Source of the DNA: Phoronis australis
Taxonomy: Eukaryota > Animalia > Phoronida
Direction of reading: 5' to 3'
DNA: 64,000 bases
NCBI GenBank assembly: GCA_002633005.1
Contig: NMRA01000215.1
Location: 536,852 to 600,851 of the forward strand
Shown piece by piece: positions 1 through 11,100 of this stretch. A model generated the notes under the pieces. That model worked only from the letters and a program-made list of their open reading frames with translations, was not told the DNA's origin and did not search any database. The stretch's first letter is position 1, and each line of letters starts with the position of its first letter. The position numbers and the translations under genes are program-made.

Positions 1-677
1 GAAGATTTGTAGCAAACAAAGACCAAAATACAAAATATCAACATTAAAAAACAACTACTATGAATTAAAACTGCGTCAAACCCTCTTAAGTATGTACACT
101 AAAACTCGTTAAGTAACAATCCTTGATTTCTGCAAATGTCTGGCTGAAAAGGGCGAAAATGAGCGATTCGAAATAAAATCACACAAAACAGTCTGATCAC
201 AGCTAAGAAGTCTATCCCGACCGGCAATGCGTTTTTCAATAATGTCCCTTTCAGTGTTCTTGTGAATAGGCTTAAAGTAACACTTTCATAAAAATCATAT
301 TTATGTTGAATTGTCCGCCAAAATGTCTTTGGTCGAATGCATTCTTTTAGGGTGAGTCAAGAAGATAAATTATTACATTTTCTAGCTTGTTACACGATTC
401 ATTCGACTATTTCGAAAGTAGACAGCGGAAAAGCCGACTATGTCCAGCCAAGCGTATACACAGATACATGCCTCATGAAACGAAATCCTTAGGGGGCTCA
501 CTGAATACACTTACTCCCTTCCTCTGAATTCAAAAACGAGAAGGGATATGAATATTTAGAGGTCTTTGGACACAATATGCTACCCAATAGAATAAACACC
601 ATTGTTTAAAACAGTTTTGAAAAGAATGACCTTAGCTAGTGATTAACCACTAGGCATCCTTTCTGCCAGTAACTTAC

Positions 678-1554
678 TTGTGATAGACAGGTTTCAGAAT
701 TTTGTACTGATTTTGGTTCCAGGCGGTTTCACTTGCGGACAAAATGACTATTCTCAGTGTAGACCTTGAATGAGTATAGAGAATAAATGAATTCAAATGC
801 GAAGAAGGCATGATATTGAGTCAGGCTGTATTCTGTAGTGAAACCCGCCACACTTCGAGGAACGGTTCTTTGACGCAAGAAGAATATAATGTGTTTTTAA
901 GTTTATCAAGTGAAGAGTGTTAGTAACTAAAGATGGAAAACAGAGGATATAGAGCAACTGGTTTGAATTTGGTATTTATATTTCTTTGTAGATTCTCAGT
1001 TCTTAAACTATTCACAGCAATATCAGTTTCGTTTCTTGCTTATGAATTTCGAATCCACCGAGACAGGATAAGAATTGCATTTATTTTAGCCGTTTAGGTG
1101 ATATACACTTATTGAACTTGTATACACTCAACTTCGCCTATATAGCATTGTGTTTTGGTCATAATTTTATAAGGAATAGCACGACGAGCACGCAAAATTT
1201 AACGTTTTAGTTCGGCCTTGAACCATCTTCAAGGTTACTTATGTTGTAACCCTAAACATATGGTCCAAGACTGAGCCGAAACTTTGGACTTTGTGGGTTA
1301 CATTGTATCCAGGAAGATATTTGAGTTCGTCGTGTTATATCTCCATATATTGAGACTGATCGTTATGATGTTCAATGTCGACTCAACAGGAATGTGTATG
1401 TTGTCACGACTGGCCTAAGGCAGAACTAGTGCTCTATCGAGTGATGATAGAACTAAGGACATAAAAAGTCCTAGTTTTCGTCCCTCAATTGATAGTACCT
1501 GGCTTGACGAGCCTGAGGCGCAACCACTAGCGGAAATCTGTCAGTGCTATCCAT
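678..1554 (-). CDS. Possible 5' exons of an unidentified gene running off the left edge
   Basis: Putative exon 1568-1499 (ctgtag acceptor, ATG at 1554, MDSTDRFPLVVAPQARQA, donor AG|GTAC) and putative exon 764-678 (open in the matching phase, donor GTAAGT). Upstream donor CAG|GTAAT near 2666 and TATA-like CTATATAAG near 2835-2843. No recognisable homology. Confidence 0.22.
1170..1345. mobile_element. Degraded inverted Penelope-like terminal-repeat pair
   Basis: Imperfect inverted symmetry (GCACGACGAGC...AGGTTAC / GTAACC...GTTCGTCGTGT). The minus strand reads TTGAAGATGG...AAACGTT and the plus arm has CCGAAAC, resembling a decayed PLE hammerhead motif. Confidence 0.45.
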
Positions 1555-1641
1555 TTCATTGTTTCCGACTACAGAACGGAAAGGTTACACACATTAATAA
1601 TAATCCGTCTCGACCTCTTCGGAGTTCACCAAGTCATCATC

Positions 1642-1642
<1 letters not shown>

Positions 1643-1713
<71 letters not shown>

Positions 1714-1737
1714 CATAAATAATAATAATAATAATAA
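1643..1737. repeat. (AAT)n microsatellite
   Basis: Long, nearly perfect AAT run with one short interruption. Confidence 0.97.
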
Positions 1738-3448
1738 TCATATTTAGGTGTGACATTTTGATCAAACGCCGTCACGCTCTGAAGACACAAAATACCGCCG
1801 ACACCTAGACAAATTTAACGAACTCAGATAAAAACGGTACTGAGCATATTATTTTAATTTTCTAATACATGTGCTTTCTGGCGTCAAAATTTGGAACGTT
1901 TCTGCCGGCCCGCTCCGAAGTCCAAGACTCTATCAAGCAAGTAAATTGAGGTTGTGACTTTTAACGTTACTCCATCGAAAAGTAAAGCCGATTTGGACTT
2001 CTTCACGTCGGTCTTAACACTAGGCCACATTACGACAAAAGAAATTAAATTTGTGTTGGCGGAATCTGTACGCCGAGAGTGACCTACGGAGCGCAGACTC
2101 GAAACTCCCAAAAGATGGAGTTGTTGGAGTGGATAAAAGATTGCTGGCATGCATCAGTAATAAGACGCAAAATGTTAAAGTCAAACGCAGTACTTAAGAG
2201 CAACACTCAGACGGTACGGACAGTTCAAAACGCAAAATCAACTGTTGATATCGGGCAAACGGCCGTCAACCGGAAGGTCAAACACATAAACTTTCAGTTG
2301 TACTCTGACCTCACACGTCTTCAATTTGACTAAATTTTAAACGTTACACAAATCACTGAGCAGTAGTCCACTATTTCAAATCGCATGCCACTTATATGCG
2401 AGTTTACGCTGTAACAGCTATTTGCTTCACCTTTTTGGAGACAAAATTTCCTTCTATTTACCATTAGAATTAAGTGATCAAAGGAAGACAACAACGGCCG
2501 TGGCACATGACTGATTCACTGTCTCCTGACAACTGTTTCTTTTCGTTGCATACACGCCGAAATTCATCAGTAAAACTCTTAAATCATGCGTTTTATTCGA
2601 CAAGTAGATTCTTGATCCGTTCTCGAGTGACCATATCACAGTTAAAATAAAAGTTACATAATTACCTGTATTCGTGCGTAGTGTAATTTCTCCTGGATGA
2701 CGTCTTCACTCCACAACTGTTTAAAATTACGGAGGAAATATTTAGAGCAGCCGACCGTTACGCCGCTCGATTTTATTTTACCGGTGCTCCAACCCACCCA
2801 GAGGAAACTAATGGAGGTCGTTAATTTCCCATTTCTTTATATAGTGGTTTAAAGAACAGCGGCCTGTGCCATAAATAAGCCAGCGAAGATCTTGCATCAA
2901 TGCTGTCCGGGTTAGGGACGGAGGCACTGAAGGCTACAATGACTGCGCATGGATCTAAAATTTCAATGTACTGCACGTGTTATATCGCTGGAAAAGATGT
3001 GTAAAACGAGTGTCTTTAAGCGAGTAAATTGTGATTCTGTAAATGCTACACAGCTGCAGCGGATTTGCTTCAGGGAAAGATCCCCAGAATACCAGACACT
3101 TGAACAAAAAACGGGTTTAACGTATGCACGATTTCAATGAAATTGTTTGTCTCAAGGTCAATTATAGGTCTGAGCATGTCGTGACGTGTAACCCAATGTT
3201 CTCCAGTCACTGTAAAGTCAGCGGGAGTGAGGAAAGGTCATCTATGAGCCATCTGCATCGGCACAGAGGGTTTATAAGACGATACTGAAGCATCTTTTAT
3301 TCTATAGAAATAATGGTATTCAGCACGTGTTAATTGGGATGTTGTGATAACGTGAGAGAGATAAGATCTCATAAAATAGCTCCATATTGGACCTGTTTTG
3401 CCATGCCTCGTGAGGATGCCAGCGCACGACGTTGCAGGGAAGGCACTC

Positions 3449-3587
3449 AGTGGCGGATTTAGAGGGGCCCCCTTAAAATTCTCCAAGGTTCCATTGGGCA
3501 GTTCGGGAGTGCCAATGTTTGACAGGCAAAATCCTAGCTAATAGTCTGCCCTGACCCCCCTTAACTCCGATCCTGGATCCGCCCATG
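3449..3587. mobile_element. Short MITE of the CAGTGGCGGAT...ATCCGCCCATG type
   Basis: Imperfect TIRs with GCACT on both flanks. Related ends occur at 34019-34157 and ~63528. Confidence 0.65.
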
Positions 3588-4872
3588 GCACTAGCAGTCA
3601 GAATTGGGTAGGAGCAAAACTAGCTACCGGGTAGCCGGTTTTGACGGGACAGATGTGGGGGGGGGGCTCAGTAAATGACAACACATGTCCGCATCATTGT
3701 ACTAGTTCGAACGGCGACAGTGAGTTGCTGCATGCTTGCAGTCATGTCGGAACTAACGGGGGAAACAAAGAATGACCCGCCATGCAAAAGGCTGTCTGGT
3801 ACGTCGCAGAATCGGCAACTGAGTAGAAAAATAGTTTAATTGGACCAATAAGCACAATGTTTGCATCTTCCCCTATTGGTTATTCCAAACTTTACAGACA
3901 ACGACCTCTTTGATAGCTAAAGATAAATAGGTTATCACAAAACACAAGTCAACTGCACAGCTTGTGCTGCCCTCTTTGGACAAAGAAGTGAATTGAAAAA
4001 CTAAAATAAATCATTGGAGTTGGCAAATCTGCACTACAGCTTACACATGACAATACAACACAAAAAGATTCTAAGGTAGACAGTTTTGGTGTACAGTCGA
4101 ACTACATTACAACAAATATAGCTTATACCATTCGCTCGTTTTCAATGTTCCATTCCAACTGTATTATATATCAACAAGTTGACTTGGTTGCATCCAACTT
4201 CATTAATGACAACAAACTTTTTAGAAAATTCCTGAGAGGGTTAATTGAATAGTTTCATTTCTATGCAGTGTTGAGGTCATACACAGGTCAAATTAGGTCA
4301 AATCGAAATCTCAAATTTCAAACAGGAATAAATCCAGTTAGCAGCAGTGAATTTTCTCAATGAACCAATTATTGAACTCTGTTGGGCTGATGGTGTTAGC
4401 ATGTATAATTCTGAGGAAGGCTAAATCTCAGCATTTAAGAATCAAACAGAGGATTCCAACCAAAAGCATGAACTAAAACAACAATTTCAAAGATGAATGA
4501 ACAAGTGCATAGTAGGTGCAACACAAAACATAAAATTCAGCGTTTTATTATAATTAACATCTGCATCTGTTTTCTAATTTGCAAACATCCTCCATCCCAT
4601 TTTGCAACCTGTGTAGAGTACAAAACTGTTTAAGGTAAGCGACAAACACATAATTACCAAACCCATAATTCCACAACGCAGTGGTGAAAGCTTGCGATTT
4701 TCAAAATGTTTCTTAAGCGCAACTGCTTTGAGAAATCCATGCAATTATTTCTTAACTTATTCAAGTTTTTCAACATTGATTCCTTACAATAACTCCCTCT
4801 GTGATCTTTTTCGCTGACGTAAGTCGATCTAAACACTCGCAGACTTGATTAACATGCCATCAAGTACAACAG

Positions 4873-4993
4873 GAAAACCCACGTGTCCTATTAAGGCAGA
4901 AAACCACGTGTCCTATTAAGGCAGAAAACCACGTGTCCTATTAAGGCAGAAAACCACATGTCCTATTAAGGCAGAAAACCACGTGTCCTATTA
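4873..4993. repeat. 25-bp minisatellite (AAAACCACGTGTCCTATTAAGGCAG) x~5 in the GrpE 3' UTR
   Basis: Direct tandem copies between the GrpE stop codon and the candidate polyA signal. Confidence 0.95.
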
Positions 4994-5111
4994 CGGTGGA
5001 AAACAACAAGGTTGATTTTTCTCCTTCAGGAAGCTCAATGCGCCAATATACCTCTTAGTTAAATACTCAGTTGATGGCCCAATACTTTTATACAAACATC
5101 ATCTCCTTGTT

Positions 5112-8100
5112 CTAACTGACTGCTTTTGATACACCAACTAACGCTGGTCGAATTGTTCGCTCATGCAGTTTATATCCTATTTTCTGCACAACAGCCACTG
5201 TCCCTGGGTCTTTGTCCGGGGTGGGAATTTCAAACAGTGCTTCATGAAAATTTGGGTCAAACTTCTCATTGATAGGATTGATCTGAGACAGGCCGTGTTT
5301 ACCAAACACCTTCAACAGTTGTGACTCCGTCATTTTCAGTCCGTCAAACAGATGTCTAAGATGTGTGTTTGACTCAAGTTCCTCCTTGGGTACACTCTCG
5401 GTAGCCTTGCCCAAAACGTCAGCGACTTCTAGTAAGTCCTTGCAGAATCCCTGGATGCCGAATATCTTGGCATCGGATATTTGTTTCTGTAATCGTTGTC
5501 GAACATTTTCGGTTTCGGCAAGCGAGCGCTTGTACTTATCCTGCAGAAATAGCAAATGCAAGTAAGACCACATTTGTATGACACACAAAAACACCTGCTC
5601 ATATTTTCTCAGTGGTGAAAATTCAACAAGCATACAGTTTCACTAACAATGGACTTTTTCACCACCTGTATCATGTCAAAAGCAGAAAGAAAAGCTATGG
5701 TGTCTGCACTGTTTTTTGTCTACATAAATGATTGACAATGCCAAATGATTGAATGAAATACAACTTAAAACAAAAACAACGTGAGCCGAGCGACTTATAT
5801 TTTCATCCATTCCTTTGACTTGTGGTTTGTAACTATTCAAAACCATGGAAAAAATATCTCCTGTTGTGGACACAAATGATTGCCAAAATTTTCTTTCTCA
5901 TTTTTCAAGGGCTTCTAAAATTGTTGTGAATGCCTGTATTTTTTCACAAATATTGTCTAATGGCACCTAAAGTACAGACTTTAATTGACTAAAAGCACTA
6001 CAGTGTTACCTATCCTTCATAGAAAAAATAAAGAGAATAAAAAATCACTTAATGTGGCCACACTTGGTGAGGCTTTACCGTAACATTACAGCTTTCGGAA
6101 ACTGTTAACTCACATTCAAGCTTTCTAAATCAGCAGCTAGTTTCTCCTTGGCCTGTGAAAGTTCTTTCTCGAGGTCTGTCTTTGATGGTGCTTCGGAAGC
6201 AGATGCCTGGCTGTTCTCTGCTGGCTTTTCTGGATCTTCAGGTTTTGCCGCTGAAGCCGAGTTGGTCATTGCTCGACATAAATGACTACAAATAAAGTAT
6301 GGTTTACAATTTAAAGCAGGTCACAAAAGAACCAGATTAAGAGATTGCATATGGTCGGATGCCTACATTAAATCAGACATGCACAGGCCTCGTACGGTTG
6401 GCCCATAGCACAGAACACCTAATTTGAGGCAAGCAACTTTAAAGAATAGTTTTTGACAAAGCGAAAACTCCCAAACCAAGTTCTGCAAAATGCAGGCTTT
6501 AAGAGAATAAACCAAAACTCGTAAATTCTCATAAACTCACAATCATGAGGGTCCCCATTCTTAATGAAGTAATGTCTTTTTCAAACAATGTTTTCCAAAC
6601 AGGTACAAACTCCTAAGCTTCACATGGTGAAGGCACAAGCAAGTTTCCCACATACAGAAGAATGCTGTAAACTGAAGGTCTTTGCACAATTTTCGTCCAT
6701 CACTTCTTACAAAAGATCAACACAAAGCACAGAAATGTGCCTACGACTGCAACACAAATAATACGCTTCTAGTATCCAGGGATGTTTATTAGCATCAAAA
6801 AATGGCCACTGGGTGGTGTAGAATTTGAGCCTGTCAAAATTGGAGGGCCTTGTTGTCTACCTCACAGAAATCTGTTTGCAAAATATGAAAATCTGTCCAG
6901 GAACTCTGAAGACATACAGCTAAACGTAAAAAATAGAACTGGCACTATGAGGCACAGCTGTAGTTGGATTCATCTGAAAGAAATTGTCATATGGAATGTA
7001 TTGTCATATGGAATGTATTGTCATATGGAATGTATTGTCATATGGAATGTATTGTCATATGGAATGTACTCGCCATATCTCACAAAGATCCTGTAAAGGG
7101 TTACGAAGATACAGCTGTGGATTCCAAAAATGCCACTAGATGGTGCCAGAGTAGTTGGACCATCCAAAAATCAACGTCAGTCATGCTGTTGTCAGTAAGA
7201 AAACATTTGCTAATATCCGTAATGATTTTTTGAGCAGTTTGGTGGATAGAGCAGTTGAATCACATGAACAAACAAACGAAGATGTATAGGAAGCGAATAC
7301 GGGAGTTGGAAGGACTTTGACTGCTTCTAGTACTAATAATGTTTTTTGAGCAAGTTTCCTGATGGAACTTCATGAACTGTATACGATTTGTGTTTTTACT
7401 GAGAAGAGTAAAACTGATCTGGATTTTCGGCCAAATACGACAACTGAGGAATCCTCTAGTTCTTTGTTGCCCACCTTCCTATCAGGGACTCATCAAGGAG
7501 TTAAAAAGTGGAGGTCCAAACTCATGACAATGATAAGTCGTGTGTTATACGATTTTGAGGCGCGCACCGCTGAAGGGGAGAGGTGCAGAGGGGTGTTTTC
7601 TCCCTCCTGCTCAGGGAAAAATTGGAATGCACATAAAAATGGATATTTTCTTTGCATTTTAGCACACTAAAGAGTCATTTCTCGTTCTGAGAACAATGAT
7701 TCTCATATTTAGTTTTTGTTTTCTATTTTGCTTCACATTTTTGTTAGTCAAGCCTCTGAGATTTGGGTTGCCTTGCTGCCAGACAGGGCCACACCCATAT
7801 TTTGCCTTCTTGTCCAAGATATTTTAGCTAGAATATGTCAAGATAGAAAATGTAAACATTTTAATTTTAGATTAAACAAATATTACAACTGTACAGTTCT
7901 ACTCCAGTCCTGTATTTTCAAGACTTTGTGGTCCACTACCATAAAACATAAACATGCTTTCGATAAACTTTTTTTCTGACCACGCAGGCAAGTATATACA
8001 TATACATATATATATATAATTTTTAACAAAACAATTGAGGTTCACCTAGATGGTTCATATATCTCGCCCTGGTCTATATCCTCCAGGTAAGCTTTGTTGG

Positions 8101-11100
8101 AAGTTGCTGTAGACCAAACCAGTACTGTTATTTTCTTCGTTGTTTTTATAATTTAACTCCTATATGTCTCACATTTCTGTCTCATCAGACTCTGCTTCTT
8201 GCTCTTGGTCCAGATCCTTCTACTTTCCTGCTTCTATTGGTTCTACTTGCATTGGTTCGAGCCTCTCTCAATCTTCATCTTACATAATTTGGAAAGGCAG
8301 GATTGTATTCTGGTGTGGGTTACCAGAGACCAAAGGCGGTAAGTGATGCAGACAGGAATACTTGTTTCAAGGACTTAGATGATCTCATGGACACACGATC
8401 TGCGCTTCCTTCTCTTTGGCTCTCCCCTCCACCAATCAGGCGATGCTTTCAGCTCCTGATGCCGTTGTGGAGTCCGTGAAGAAGTACCGTATGCCACCAC
8501 CACCACTCAAGACAATGTCAGACAAATACTGACATGACCTACCTAGCTATTTATTTTTTCTTTCCACAACCTTTTAGTTTAATAGTATTATGTCACCTTT
8601 GTTTGTTAAAATGTTGTGGATAATTTCCAAGTAGTGGTAACATTTTTGCATAATGCTGTTCAACTAATTGCTTACATGCCGTAGCAACAAATCATTTACG
8701 AATCATAACTCTTTCAGGTCCCTGGATGTTTAATATCCATTCTGACGAAGATGAGGCAGTCTACTCCTTTTGGCTGATGGACGACTTTGGTCAAGGGGAC
8801 TTTGAAGTGCTGGAATATCTCCATGCTGTATATAGGTAGTCCACTGACTTACGATAGTCTGTGAAAGGGTTTGGCCCCCCTTGAAGATGCCACAAGTCTG
8901 TGTAATGTACTCCGCTGACTGTCTGTTTACTAAAAGGTACTCCACTGTCAATTGTGAAAGGGTTTGGCTCCCCTTCCTTGAGGATGCCTTGACAACTTTA
9001 TTTATCTGCCCATCATAGATTCCTTTTTGTGTTCATTCATATCACTTAAGACAACTTTAGGATTATAAATATTGCAGTTGTTGTTTATATAGCATGAACA
9101 TTCCTGGATGGCTCAAGACAGGGTCTTCATTTTAATGCATTGTTGTGGAAAGTTTACGTAAAAGTATTATTTGTGATGTCTTTCAGACGCTTGTATTAAA
9201 ATGTTCTATTAATCATACTTGTCATCAATACATTTTTGAAAAACCATGACAACATCCAGTGCCTAACCTTGCATTATATATTCAGAAGGCTATGGCTTTA
9301 ATAGAAGAATTGCTGTCTGTGTAAATACTCTGAATATACATTTGAATTTGTACGAGTAGGAAACGCCTACGATGTACAATAAATGATATTATAATACATT
9401 TTTGAAATGATGTTTGTTTGCCTTTATTTTTTATTTAATGTGATTGATTTTGACAAAGTTAAGTCGGTCGCAAACTGCATGTTAACAAAAAAATCACAAA
9501 ATAACATCAATATAATTTGCTGAGCCAATTATCAAATTTCAACTTTCCTGATGAAAATTTTTTTAAAATGGTACCTTATTTGTTTTTTCCTGGAGTAATT
9601 GTTATTTTATGCCAATTTAAAATCGCAAAATTGTACGTAGTGACTTTTCTTTGTCGGCTGTGTTGATTTTAAGGTCAATATCTTCGCACAGGAACGTCCA
9701 ATCAAAATGTTGGTTTTTTGGAAAATCATTAACCATAAAGAGTTCTTTAAAATGATGTATCACATGTCTATATACCATACTTAAATTTGAAACCATAATA
9801 TTTCAAACTCGCAAATTCGATTTGACAGAATTTGTACCAAACATTTTGACACGAAAATGACATTTTCTCCGGAGCCATAAGTACAATTTTAAAAATTTTT
9901 CTACCATTCTCTTAGTATCGAGGAGAGATTTCTAATGATGTATTACCATGCACATTTTCAAAAATTTTTGAAAAATGCTGATCTCCCTAATTTAGTAGCA
10001 CTACAGCAGGCCAGTGTTTTTATTAGAGAGAGACATATAGACCTACGCATACTGCGCTCATTTGATTAGTTAAAAAGCCACTAGTTAATTTATGAACTAA
10101 TCAATGGATGGTGTAATATTTAATTAACATACCTTTAAAATGTCAAAAACACACAGAATTCTGGGGAAAGGTTGAAAAACAAAAAGTTATTGGCATTCAA
10201 GTGATTAATTCTCTGTTAACAGTCACATTCTTCCAATCACTATTTGCACCAACTCAAATTCAGTGCAAACTAATTGTTAACCGATTTCAATGATTTTCGT
10301 TTCCCTTTACTAGCGAGGACAACATACGTCACCAATCGCTTCGCGTATCTGTCACCGTGTAAAATTTGCACATTACAATTGGCAATAAATGTGAATAAAA
10401 ATTACTTCAAAGTATAAAATAAGACGTTATTTTACTTAAATGTTAGTTTTTTTCGTCGCAAAATCTGTTTAATAATACTTTACACGAGTTTTTTGCAGCG
10501 ACGTGACCGACATTTCAAAGCAAAATGGACGCCGGTAAAAACAACTGGTATTTGGTTTTCAACTCAGGAGAAGACTAAACTCTCGAATTTTGGCATGAAA
10601 CTTCGTGAACTTGCAGAAGAAACCCTTGCGCACGTTATTACGTAAGTTCTCCATGATAGCAAGTAACAGCATATGTTCACGAAAACAACAACGGATTTAA
10701 AACTTGACATGTTTCGGTGTCACTTATTAAACACCATCCTCAGAAGTCATAATACAGTGGCCACCTAGCTAGGCCCAGCAACAAGTAATGAAGCACAGAT
10801 ACAGTCAGTTACAGGGAGTGACAACGAACTATACCAACAATGACAACCTGTGGTGTGTCAGTTGCCTCCCTGTAACTGACTGTATCTGTGCTTCATTACT
10901 TGTTGCTGGGCCTAGCTAGGTGGCCACTGTATTATGACTTCTGAGGATGGTGTTTAATAAGTGACACCGAAACATGTCAAGTTTTAAATCCGTTGTTGTT
11001 TTCGTGAACATATTACGTAAGTATTTTTCACTTTCGTTGACTTAAAAGTTGAAAAAGTTGCCAGTTCCCGCGATGACCTTCAAATTTGACCTGAATTAAT

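Larger units (their letters stand above)
10648..11013 (-). mobile_element. Young non-coding Penelope-like insertion: inverted terminal repeats + 23-nt tail, 12-bp TSD
   Basis: Perfect 148-bp inverted arms at 10671-10818 and 10866-11013, 47-nt spacer, unpaired tail at 10648-10670. Direct repeat TATTACGTAAGT at 10636-10647 and 11011-11022. Confidence 0.8.

Noticed and set aside
5541-5633. N-terminal part of ORF-track GrpE (MLVEFSPL...)
   Set aside because: Intronic read-through; the exon begins at the acceptor at 5540.
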